From Bacteroidota bacterium (GTDB taxonomy: Bacteria; Bacteroidota; Bacteroidia; Bacteroidales; VadinHA17): a stretch of DNA of 39,240 bases. The stretch's first letter is position 1. Each line of letters opens with the position of its first letter. The DNA lies in NCBI GenBank assembly GCA_012838685.1, contig DUOU01000136.1:1-39240 (forward strand). Direction: 5' to 3'. Below, one piece after another: positions 1-7,849 of this stretch. Made by a program: the position numbers and the translations under genes. Below the pieces are notes generated by a model. That model saw only the letters and a list, made by a program, of their open reading frames with translations, made no database searches and was not told the DNA's origin.

Positions 1-2
1 CC

Positions 3-191
3 TTTTGGCCTGAGTATATCTACCAAGATTCGATACTTGTTGATCCGGTAGATGCCTTTGATCTTATCAATAGGATTAACGAGATAAAAAGTGGTGCCGG
101 TAACGTACAAAAGTTGTCGGATCAACTTGAGTATCTCCACAATACGCTCACGGAGAACTCCAACCCGATACTTGTAATCTTAAGACAGTGA
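3..191 (+). CDS. 3' end of a CDS entering from the left edge; the tail resembles Bacteroidota 6-bladed beta-propeller (BF3164-like) lipoproteins that co-occur with NVEALA peptides
   Basis: Frame 3 is open from the window edge to TGA at 189-191 (...QLEYLHNTLTENSNPILVILRQ*). The acidic-NP(I/V)L-hydrophobic-basic C-terminal tail matches my memory of that family. A hairpin plus T-run follows. Confidence 0.4.
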   Translation, partial: FWPEYIYQDSILVDPVDAFDLINRINEIKSGAGNVQKLSDQLEYLHNTLTENSNPILVILRQ

Positions 192-245
192 TCTTTAGTA
201 CGATCAGGAAAATTAAAACGGGTCAAAACGATACCTGTTTTGAAT

Positions 246-315
246 AAATCCCACACCGTTTCGAGACTGACGATTCTCGCGCCTCGAAGGTCTCTCTCCG
301 GTGTGGAATTTTTTA
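246..315 (+). terminator. Repeated hairpin element, copy A (intrinsic-terminator-like, downstream of CDS 3-191)
   Basis: Outer arms ATCCCACACCG / CGGTGTGGaAT enclose an inner TTCGAG...CTCGAA stem and are followed by TTTTTTATTT. The element is 57/62 nt identical to the reverse complement of 17213-17274. Confidence 0.6.
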
Positions 316-354
316 TTTATTGAAAAGTAATGTTTTTTATACGAAATCTCAATT

Positions 355-454
355 CACATAAAAAAGATGCCAACTACAAAATAAAAACACCGCTTATAAA
401 ATAAAACAACAGGATACAAAACAAAACGACCATCCACAAAGATATTCTGGAACA
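355..454 (+). repeat. Five phased 20-nt direct repeats (YACAAAAYAAAAC-type), candidate regulator-binding array upstream of the peptide gene
   Basis: The units are cacataaaaaagatgccaac / tacaaaataaaaacaccgct / tataaaataaaacaacagga / tacaaaacaaaacgaccatc / cacaaagatattctggaaca. The array is homologous to 11746-11825. Confidence 0.7.
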
Positions 455-630
455 GCTTCATGACACAAATTAAAATATTCCTGAGATTTGTTTTAATGCA
501 AAGCATGGAAAATGTCCATTAATAACCTTTAAAGTTCTGTTCTATGCTTTTTCGTTGTTGGTAAACCCCAACGACAAAGTGCGCTTAGGCCAAATAATAT
601 GTTTTGTTTTATTAACCAATACTTTTAAAA

Positions 631-876
631 ATGAAAAAAGCGATCAAAATTTTAGGAACTGTTCTTTGCGTTGTTGTGCTGTTTTTAAACCTGTCCATCA
701 ACGGTAAAAATGAGGTGGGCGACACAAGCCTATCCGTGTTGCTGAACAATGCTGATGCCTTGTGTTATGACAATGAATCGTTCCCAATGTGTAACACTGG
801 GAGATGTAACATTTACTCAGAAAATTGTTATCAAGTGTTTAATCCAGAAGGAGACTGTGACCCGACCTACCTTTAA
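631..876 (+). CDS. Small exported Cys-rich peptide precursor, NVEALA-like (81 aa)
   Basis: The N-terminus is MKK plus a hydrophobic segment. An LSVLLNNADAL motif sits where the family has L..ANVEALA. The 37-aa tail has 5 Cys (CYDNESFPMCNTGRCNIYSENCYQVFNPEGDCDPTYL). A hairpin follows the stop codon. Confidence 0.65.
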   Translation: MKKAIKILGTVLCVVVLFLNLSINGKNEVGDTSLSVLLNNADALCYDNESFPMCNTGRCNIYSENCYQVFNPEGDCDPTYL

Positions 877-898
877 TAGTAAATGATTTTAAGGTGGG

Positions 899-919
899 AT
901 TGAAAAGTATTTTCAATCT
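899..919 (+). terminator. Hairpin after the peptide gene
   Basis: GATTGAAAA-gta-TTTTCAATC forms a perfect 9-bp stem, extendable with GGG/CTC wobble pairs. The region downstream is T-rich. Confidence 0.45.
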
Positions 920-1100
920 CGCCTTTTCACTTTTAATTGGTTGTTATGCTATTAAAACTAATTTGTTTAATCGTCTAGTTCATTGGTATAGAAATAAATG
1001 ACATAACAACAGGATTCTAAGCCATTGACTTTTAAATTCAAGTGATAAATGTAACTAAAGAAAAAGAATATTGGAAGTTGACCCCAAATATTTGGATCAA

Positions 1101-1414
1101 AAAACTACTTTATATTATATGCCTATACAAAGTCATCTGACATCAGTACAAAGAAATGTGACCGAAACAATCTAGCATACTAGCAAAAAAAACAACAGAA
1201 GTCATTATGATCATGGACAAATCTGTGACAAGCTAGGAAAAGGGGAATTAAATGAGTAAACATACAAGTTCATAAGGCAATATATCTCAAAAAATAATCG
1301 TATAAAATTAACCGAAGACCCAAAGAAAAACTAGGTTTCCTTTCTCCAAAAGAACTGTTTTTCGCTTCTTTGGAGAAAAAAGTTGTGTTGATAGTTGAAT
1401 TATCTGACAATTAG
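1101..1414 (+). pseudogene. Decayed IS30-family transposase C-terminal remnant
   Basis: The last frame reads KINRRPKEKLGFLSPKELFF...*, which matches the IS30 LN.RPRK.LG..TP.E.F tail. Upstream frames give ..LYYMPIQS..QRN.TE.. (compare YF..PY.SW.RG.NEN) interrupted by several stop codons. Confidence 0.5.
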
Positions 1415-1478
1415 GGATTAAACTATATTTGAAATTAGTAAAAGACAAATAAATGTTTAATCCACAAAACTGTCAGAA

Positions 1479-1735
1479 ATGAATACAGAAGTAAAATTAA
1501 TCAAAAACAAGTTAGAATTATTAAATCTCGCCGAAGAACTTGGCAATGTATCACAGGCTTGTAAGGTTATGGACTACAGCAGAGGCACATTTTATCGTTT
1601 CCGCAAGCTTTATGATAAAGGAGGAGAGCTGGCATTGCGGGAGATTAGCAGGAGGAAGCCGATACTCGGAAATCGTGTGGAAGTTCACATTGAAGAAGCG
1701 GTTATCAGGTTAGCGACTGACAGTCCCCTCCTAGT
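1479..1735 (+). pseudogene. N-terminal HTH fragment of an IS481-like transposase (truncated)
   Basis: MNTEVKLIKNKLELLNLAEELGNVSQACKVMDYSRGTFYRFRKLYDKGGELALREISRRKP..NRVE matches the N-terminus of this transposase type. After about residue 85 the ORF (listed to 1880) becomes low-complexity AT-rich sequence with no integrase core. Confidence 0.55.
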
Positions 1736-1968
1736 TGCAAATATCAAAAATAAAGTATTCTGTGTTTTGAACATAAGACTGACTAAATGCGGTCAAAGCT
1801 TCTATCATTTGCAAATTGATTTGATATTTAGTCACACTTATATGTTAAACTATAGTTTTTTATTTAAAATTGATGCGTAGTTTAGTCCATTTTTTTAACG
1901 GAATTCATCGGTTATTTAAATCTTTATATGGCAAAAATGATTTTTAAAAATGGAATAAAGTCGCAAAC

Positions 1969-3888
1969 GTGAGACGATATTTTCTTTATTGCTTTATGAT
2001 AGCAATAGTGTTGGGTACACCTTTTATATATTCAGGGGATATTTACAACGGTGTAATTACAGCGAAACAAATTTGGTTTTACTGTGCTATGGCTTTGTTA
2101 ATTTTGATATTTGGCTCTGGCCTTATAAACAGGAAAAGCGTTTTATTAGAACTGAATTCCATTGATATCGCACTTATTGTCTTTTACGCCTACTTTCTTA
2201 TACGTGCAGTCTATACTCCTTTTACGCCATTATTATACAATGTACGATTCCTTAATTATTCTCTTCTTTTATTATTCTATTTTATTGTAAAAAATATTGG
2301 AACAAGTTACTATAGTAAAGAGTCGGGAGAGAATAAAAAGAAAATATTATTCTATGAAATTATCATCGACATATTAATAATTACCGGACTAGTTCAAGCA
2401 ATCTGGGGATTATTACAACTTTATGGGGTCTTGCCCAGTTTACATTCAATATTTAAAATTACAGGTACCTTTTCTAATCCGGCGCCTTATGCAATATATC
2501 TGGCTACAATCTTCTTATTAACGCTGGGAAGACTGTTATTAACGCCCTCTTCATCGTTTTCAAAATCTTCCCACTATATTTCTTTTCTCACGATAATCGT
2601 AATTATTTTGATATTGCCCGCAACAATGAACAGGGCTTCATGGGTTGGGGTTGCTGTAGGATCGTTTATCGTACTTAATTACAGGTACGACTTTTTTAGG
2701 AAAATAAGAAAGATTCTGAACAATATGGCAAAAAAACTACTTGCCCTTACTTTTGTTGTATTAATAGTCGGGTTGTCATGTACAGGTTTATATTTGCTCA
2801 AAAAAGGTTCTTCCGATGGGCGTTTGTTGATATGGGAAGTTACATTGGGGAAGATAGCCGAAAAGCCTTTATTTGGTTATGGAGTGGGACGGTTTGAGGC
2901 GGAATACAACAATTGGCAAGCCGATTTTTTTAAATCACACCCAGACGAAATTGACGGCTCCAAAGGTTTGGTGGCGGGAAATACAATGTATTGTTTCAAT
3001 GAATACCTTGAGATGACTTCTGAACTCGGAATTATAGGTCTGTTATTATTTTTGGCTATTATATTATATAGTTTAAAAGAAACTCATAAAAAGGCGACAA
3101 TAATCGCCCCAAAAGATGATAAAAAAAGGACAGATAAGGAATTAATCGCTATCATAAACATTTTGGTTCCTTCTTTTATTGCCCTTCTGGTAATGGCTTT
3201 GATTTCTATTCCCTTTTATTCGTTGCCCACTTTCATTGTTTACTTTTTGATCTTAGCGTTAATTTCTTCAAGTGTTGGATCTATAAAATACAAAAAATTA
3301 AAGGTTTCACAATTTGTCGGTAGCATTGCAAAATTTGGGTCAGTAATAATCATTTTTTCTGCTTCACTTCTCCTTATGTTGAAGGTAAGGCAACAAATTA
3401 TAACTTTTAAAATATGGGATAATGCAATACATATGTATCAGGCAGGCTATATAAAAGAAGCCCGTAAATCATATTCTGATATTTATATTTCATTGAGATA
3501 TAATGGGTCTTTTCTACAGTACTTTGGCAAAGCTCTGAATATTGCTGAAGAATATCCACAAAGTATAGAAATTCTGGAGCAGGCATTGAAATTCACCTCA
3601 GATGAAGTATTATTTACTACGCTTGGTGACAATTATAAAGCCTTAGAACGATATTCTGATGCAGAAAAAGCCTATCAATATGCTTTCTTAATGGCCCCCA
3701 ATAAGTTATATCCTTTATATCTACTTACAAATTTATATTTTGATTCCGGTCAATATCAAAAAGCGATTAAAATAGCTGAAAAAGCTCTAAATAAAAATAT
3801 AAAAGTTGAATCCACTGCAATAAATGAAATGTTACAGGCGATGAATGAAATTATAATAAAGATAAAAAATGAAGAAGAGGTATTTTGA
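1969..3888 (+). CDS. O-antigen ligase/polymerase (Wzy_C) family membrane protein with C-terminal TPR repeats
   Basis: It is polytopic. It has the Wzy_C-type block NRASWVGVAVG...LLIWEVTLGKIAEKPLFGYGVGRF. The C-terminal ~170 aa contain TPR-like repeats (LGDNYKALERYSDAEKAYQYAFLMAPN..., YFDSGQYQKAIKIAEKAL). The listed start is GTG. Confidence 0.75.
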   Translation: MRRYFLYCFMIAIVLGTPFIYSGDIYNGVITAKQIWFYCAMALLILIFGSGLINRKSVLLELNSIDIALIVFYAYFLIRAVYTPFTPLLYNVRFLNYSLLLLFYFIVKNIGTSYYSKESGENKKKILFYEIIIDILIITGLVQAIWGLLQLYGVLPSLHSIFKITGTFSNPAPYAIYLATIFLLTLGRLLLTPSSSFSKSSHYISFLTIIVIILILPATMNRASWVGVAVGSFIVLNYRYDFFRKIRKILNNMAKKLLALTFVVLIVGLSCTGLYLLKKGSSDGRLLIWEVTLGKIAEKPLFGYGVGRFEAEYNNWQADFFKSHPDEIDGSKGLVAGNTMYCFNEYLEMTSELGIIGLLLFLAIILYSLKETHKKATIIAPKDDKKRTDKELIAIINILVPSFIALLVMALISIPFYSLPTFIVYFLILALISSSVGSIKYKKLKVSQFVGSIAKFGSVIIIFSASLLLMLKVRQQIITFKIWDNAIHMYQAGYIKEARKSYSDIYISLRYNGSFLQYFGKALNIAEEYPQSIEILEQALKFTSDEVLFTTLGDNYKALERYSDAEKAYQYAFLMAPNKLYPLYLLTNLYFDSGQYQKAIKIAEKALNKNIKVESTAINEMLQAMNEIIIKIKNEEEVF

Positions 3889-3954
3889 AAAGACAAACCA
3901 TATAAATAAGATAACAGGCCGCAAATATAGTGCCTTTATAAAAATCATTAAACG

Positions 3955-4392
3955 ATGAGAAAAGTCAGTAAAATCGCATGGATATTTTTAGCTTCTTTTG
4001 GGCTACTGGGATTATTGTATTCAGTGTTTTTACTTATCCCTTCCCACATTCATCTGATAGTTAAAAAAACGACCATTGTTTTCGAGACAACCGAATTAGA
4101 TATTGGAGAGATAAACTATAAAGAACCCCGAAAGGCTGAGTTTATTTTTAAGAATACGGGAGGAAATGAACTGATCATATATGATGTCCAACCGTCTTGT
4201 GGATGTACAAATGTAGATTGGACAAGGGAACCGATTAAAAGCGGACAGTCCGGCAAAATAAGTGTTGTTTATGATGCTGAAACAACCGGAAGATTCAATA
4301 AAAGTATAGTAGTTCACTGTAATTGTCACATTGAGAGTATTGTGTTGCAAATTTCAGGGGAGGTTATTGGCAGAGAGAATGAAAGATTTTAA
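3955..4392 (+). CDS. DUF1573 domain protein (membrane-anchored)
   Basis: It has an N-terminal TM segment followed by the hallmark IGEI...FIFKNTGGNELIIYDVQPSCGCT...I.SGQSGKISVVY....GRFNKSIVV. Confidence 0.8.
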   Translation: MRKVSKIAWIFLASFGLLGLLYSVFLLIPSHIHLIVKKTTIVFETTELDIGEINYKEPRKAEFIFKNTGGNELIIYDVQPSCGCTNVDWTREPIKSGQSGKISVVYDAETTGRFNKSIVVHCNCHIESIVLQISGEVIGRENERF

Positions 4393-5254
4393 ACAAGATA
4401 ATAGTATCAAAAAAACACAAGTGCCAATAGAATCTCGAAACGCTTGGCATATTTCTCTTTTAAGGGGCATTGTAATTACCATCTTGATCGGAATATTTTT
4501 ACGTATATTCTTTATAGAGATTTATATGATACCGTCTTCGTCGATGGAACCGACGATTTTATCTGGCGATTTTATTATGGTTAGTAAGATGGCTTACGGG
4601 CCAAGAGTATCAATACCAGAGAAGTTCTTTAAAGAAAATAAGACTGGATACCTACGGATAAAAGGGTGGAACAAAATAAAGTTGGGAGATAAGATTGTAT
4701 TCAATTTTCCCAATTATTCGGTTTCTTTAGATTCTACTTATAAAATCTGGGGAAGGTGTATTGTTAAGCGTTGTTATGGGCTTCCGGGAGATACTGTTTT
4801 AATCAAGAACGAAAAAAGTGGGAACGGAAATATATTGGGCAAAGATGCGACAGATACGCTACAGAAATATAATGTATTCCCTTATGACAGCAACTTGAAA
4901 TGGACCATTGATGATTATGGGCCACTTTATGTCCCCGCTTCTGGTGATGAGGTACAACTAACAAAAAGTACAATTAAAATGTATAAAGATATTTTGCGTT
5001 TTGAGAACCCTAATTGTACAATAACGGACAGTACCATTGTAATAGATGGGGGTCCGCTTTCTCGGTATACTTTTAACTATGACTACTATTTCATGCTTGG
5101 AGATAATTTTTATAATTCGAATGATTCGAGATATTGGGGTTTTTTGCCCGATAGCAATATAATAGGCAAGGTGGTAATGATCCTGTTTTCAGTGGACAAA
5201 AACAAATATGGGTTCAGAAAATTTAGGTTGAACCGGTTATTCAAAATTGTATAG
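4379..5254 (+). CDS. lepB: Signal peptidase I (LepB paralogue)
   Basis: Motifs seen are SSSMEPTILSGD (Ser box), VKRCYGLPGDTV (Lys box) and GDNFYNSNDSRYWGFLP. I take ATG 4379 (MKDFKQ...) as the start rather than 4331. This overlaps the DUF1573 gene by 14 nt. Confidence 0.85.
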   Translation: MKDFKQDNSIKKTQVPIESRNAWHISLLRGIVITILIGIFLRIFFIEIYMIPSSSMEPTILSGDFIMVSKMAYGPRVSIPEKFFKENKTGYLRIKGWNKIKLGDKIVFNFPNYSVSLDSTYKIWGRCIVKRCYGLPGDTVLIKNEKSGNGNILGKDATDTLQKYNVFPYDSNLKWTIDDYGPLYVPASGDEVQLTKSTIKMYKDILRFENPNCTITDSTIVIDGGPLSRYTFNYDYYFMLGDNFYNSNDSRYWGFLPDSNIIGKVVMILFSVDKNKYGFRKFRLNRLFKIV

Positions 5255-5263
5255 AAAAAACAA

Positions 5264-6310
5264 ATGAATAAAACACGATTCATATTATTCTTTTTTGTAT
5301 GGCTAATAATTATTGTTGAGCTTGTTTTACGCACGGCCAGTTATGAGTTGTTGAAGACAAGAAAACTGGAGGCCGATTGGATCGAAGACTCTATAATGGG
5401 ATACCTGCCAAAGCCAAAAACCAGCTTTAATCTTATTGCACCAAACGTTAACAAAGAAATCACAGTGAATGCGTTTGGGTTTTATGATAGTAAAATAAAG
5501 ATCAACAAACAAAGGGGATATTACAGGATCGCTGTATTAGGAAACTCGTATGAAACAGGGCATTTTAGTGAAAGTGTTAAATCTTATCCTGAACTATGCG
5601 ACGATATTTTTAAAAATGAAAGCCATAAAGTTGAATGTTTAAATTTCTCTATTGATGGGGAATATGGTGATTGGTACAGAATAAGGTTAATTGAGAACAA
5701 AATTTTAAAATTTGATCCCGACCTTATTATCTTGAACGTAAAAATGCCTTTTAGTAATCAGATAGTGGTAAAAGAACATTACAAAGGTATAGTAATTGAG
5801 TATGAACAAAACGATGAACAGTCGAGAATTGGATTAAAGAAAAAAATAGATGAAATAGCTACTATTAAACCATTTACCGTTTTATTTGACCTCTCTTTTT
5901 TATTCAGGGGGTTTTGTGTGTTGATGGTTCAAAAGAAAGAAAATATTGGGAATAGGAATAATGGTTTCTGGGAGAAGATCGAAATATATAGAACAAGGAA
6001 ATTATCAGCGGATAATTTGTATAAAAGAGAATTTTCGGAACTCGAAAGTGTCGATATAGTTAACAGATTATTCATTAATCTGGGTGAACAGGACGTAGAA
6101 TTGTGCTTGCTGGACAACAACAGTTTGGATAAATCTTTGTTAAACGAAAACATAAGGTATTTAAAATTAAATTCTTATGGGGGAGAAAAATTTAGCTCAT
6201 CAGTAAATGGCGACAGTTTTGATAAAAATGAAACCATTATGCTGGCTTGGGAACTCTATGAAACTTTGATTGAAACGTATATTCCAGCAAATTATATTGA
6301 TAACAAATAG
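5264..6310 (+). CDS. Membrane-anchored hypothetical protein, possibly an SGNH/GDSL-type esterase or acyltransferase
   Basis: It has an N-terminal TM segment. RIAVLGNSYETG resembles SGNH block I (GDS replaced by GNS), and FSIDGEYG resembles block II. The rest is not recognisable. Confidence 0.4.
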   Translation: MNKTRFILFFFVWLIIIVELVLRTASYELLKTRKLEADWIEDSIMGYLPKPKTSFNLIAPNVNKEITVNAFGFYDSKIKINKQRGYYRIAVLGNSYETGHFSESVKSYPELCDDIFKNESHKVECLNFSIDGEYGDWYRIRLIENKILKFDPDLIILNVKMPFSNQIVVKEHYKGIVIEYEQNDEQSRIGLKKKIDEIATIKPFTVLFDLSFLFRGFCVLMVQKKENIGNRNNGFWEKIEIYRTRKLSADNLYKREFSELESVDIVNRLFINLGEQDVELCLLDNNSLDKSLLNENIRYLKLNSYGGEKFSSSVNGDSFDKNETIMLAWELYETLIETYIPANYIDNK

Positions 6311-6325
6311 CATATTTAAGGTACT

Positions 6326-7849
6326 ATGGAAAGAAATTTGAGATCAAATCAGATATTAATATACTTATACATCATAATTACATCGGGGTATTTGATCTGG
6401 AGAACTGTTTTTTCATTGAACATGGATCAGCCAATCGCCTCTGGATTGTTCCTAGCCGCCGATATAATCACGGGAGTTTCTTCAATAATTTTTGTTTTCT
6501 CCTTTTTGAAAGGAGAAAAGGTCTTTTCAGAACCTGTTTTAAGGCATAAGCTTACGGTTGATGTCTTTATACCTACGTTCAATGAAGATGTAAGCATTCT
6601 GAGAGAAACAATTTCCCATTGCGTGGGCATGGATTACCAACATAAAACTTATGTTTTAGATGATGGTAATAGGGAAGAAGTAAGGGTTTTAGCCGAGAAA
6701 CTGGGGGCACAATATATATCGCGCACAGTTAATGAAGACGCCAAAGCTGGTAACCTGAACAATGCATTGGGTAAAACAAGTGGCAATATTATTGCTGTTT
6801 TCGATGCCGATTTTGTTCCTGAGAAGAATTTTATAGTAAAACTTATAGGTTACTTCAATGATGATAAGGTCGCAATAGTTCAGTCCCCCCAATTTTATTA
6901 TAACAGCAACAGTTTTCAGCACAGGAAATTGTTCGGTAAAAAAACATACAATGATCAAGACACCTTTCTCCATATGGTTTTGCCGGCAAGAGCTGACTGG
7001 AACGCCGCTTATTGGATCGGAACAAACGCTCTTATGCGCCGAGAAGCTATTCTATCGATAGGCGGGTTTCCGACAGAATCGGTTACTGAGGACATACTTA
7101 CAAGTATTTATATTCATTCTAAAGGTTGGAACTCGGTATATGTAGATGAACCATTGGCATTTGGATTGGCCCCGACAAATATTTCGCAATATTATACTCA
7201 GAGACTGAGATGGGCGAAAGGTGCTTTTCAAATTTTTCGTAAGAAGAACCCGTTATTTGTTAATGGGTTGTCTTACGTCCAGAGAATGTTTTATTTCTCT
7301 TCTTTATTGCATTTTTTCGAAGGCGCTATTAAGTTAGTTTACTTTGTTTTTCCCGCCTTGTTTTTCATTTTCAAAGTAGTTCCAATAAATACCTCCCCAT
7401 ATGTTATAATCAATATGGTAATATATTTTATTATGGGCCGTATACTTATTTCGGTGATCACAAGGGACAAAACAAACATTTTTTATGATGAAATCTACGC
7501 TGTTATACGCTCGTTTATATATCTGATGGGATTTTCCGCCCTTTTTACGAATAAGAAAATCAGTTTTGCCGTTACACCAAAAAACAATGAATCAAACATC
7601 GGGATAATCAATTTCTTTGGGCCTCTGTCTATTTGTACCTTGAACTTTGTTGTATTAGTCTCGGCAACAATAAATCCTTCCATCATATTAAAGGAAAGTA
7701 TCTTAAATCTGGTCTGTTTTGCATGGTGCATATCTCTGCTAATAAAATCGTCGATAGCCTGCTATTATTGTTTTTCAACTCCATATGACAGCGGCCTCAC
7801 TATTAATGATCAGATTCGATCCAATAAGTCTCTAATAAAAAGAACATGA
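6326..7849 (+). CDS. Processive family-2 glycosyltransferase, cellulose-synthase-like (BcsA-type core, no PilZ domain)
   Basis: Motifs seen are PTFNED, VLDDG, AGNLNNAL, VFDADF, QSPQ, TEDILTS and QRLRWAKG (QxxRW). TM segments flank the catalytic core. At 507 aa the protein ends without a PilZ module. Confidence 0.85.
   Translation: MERNLRSNQILIYLYIIITSGYLIWRTVFSLNMDQPIASGLFLAADIITGVSSIIFVFSFLKGEKVFSEPVLRHKLTVDVFIPTFNEDVSILRETISHCVGMDYQHKTYVLDDGNREEVRVLAEKLGAQYISRTVNEDAKAGNLNNALGKTSGNIIAVFDADFVPEKNFIVKLIGYFNDDKVAIVQSPQFYYNSNSFQHRKLFGKKTYNDQDTFLHMVLPARADWNAAYWIGTNALMRREAILSIGGFPTESVTEDILTSIYIHSKGWNSVYVDEPLAFGLAPTNISQYYTQRLRWAKGAFQIFRKKNPLFVNGLSYVQRMFYFSSLLHFFEGAIKLVYFVFPALFFIFKVVPINTSPYVIINMVIYFIMGRILISVITRDKTNIFYDEIYAVIRSFIYLMGFSALFTNKKISFAVTPKNNESNIGIINFFGPLSICTLNFVVLVSATINPSIILKESILNLVCFAWCISLLIKSSIACYYCFSTPYDSGLTINDQIRSNKSLIKRT

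Noticed and set aside
355-454. The tandem 20-nt repeats considered as a CRISPR array
   Set aside because: The units are contiguous with no spacers, degenerate and AT-rich, and there are only 4-5 copies. No cas genes are present, and both arrays sit in promoter position.
547-579. A hairpin (CGTTGTTGG-taaacc-CCAACGAC) in the peptide-gene leader considered as a conserved RNA structure
   Set aside because: The homologous segment of the second copy (about 11921-11950) does not keep the pairing, so there is no covariation support. It may still matter for copy 1 only.
1479-1880. A 133-aa ORF considered as an intact gene
   Set aside because: Only the first ~85 residues resemble a transposase HTH region, and the remainder is AT-rich read-through. 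I treat it as a fragment.
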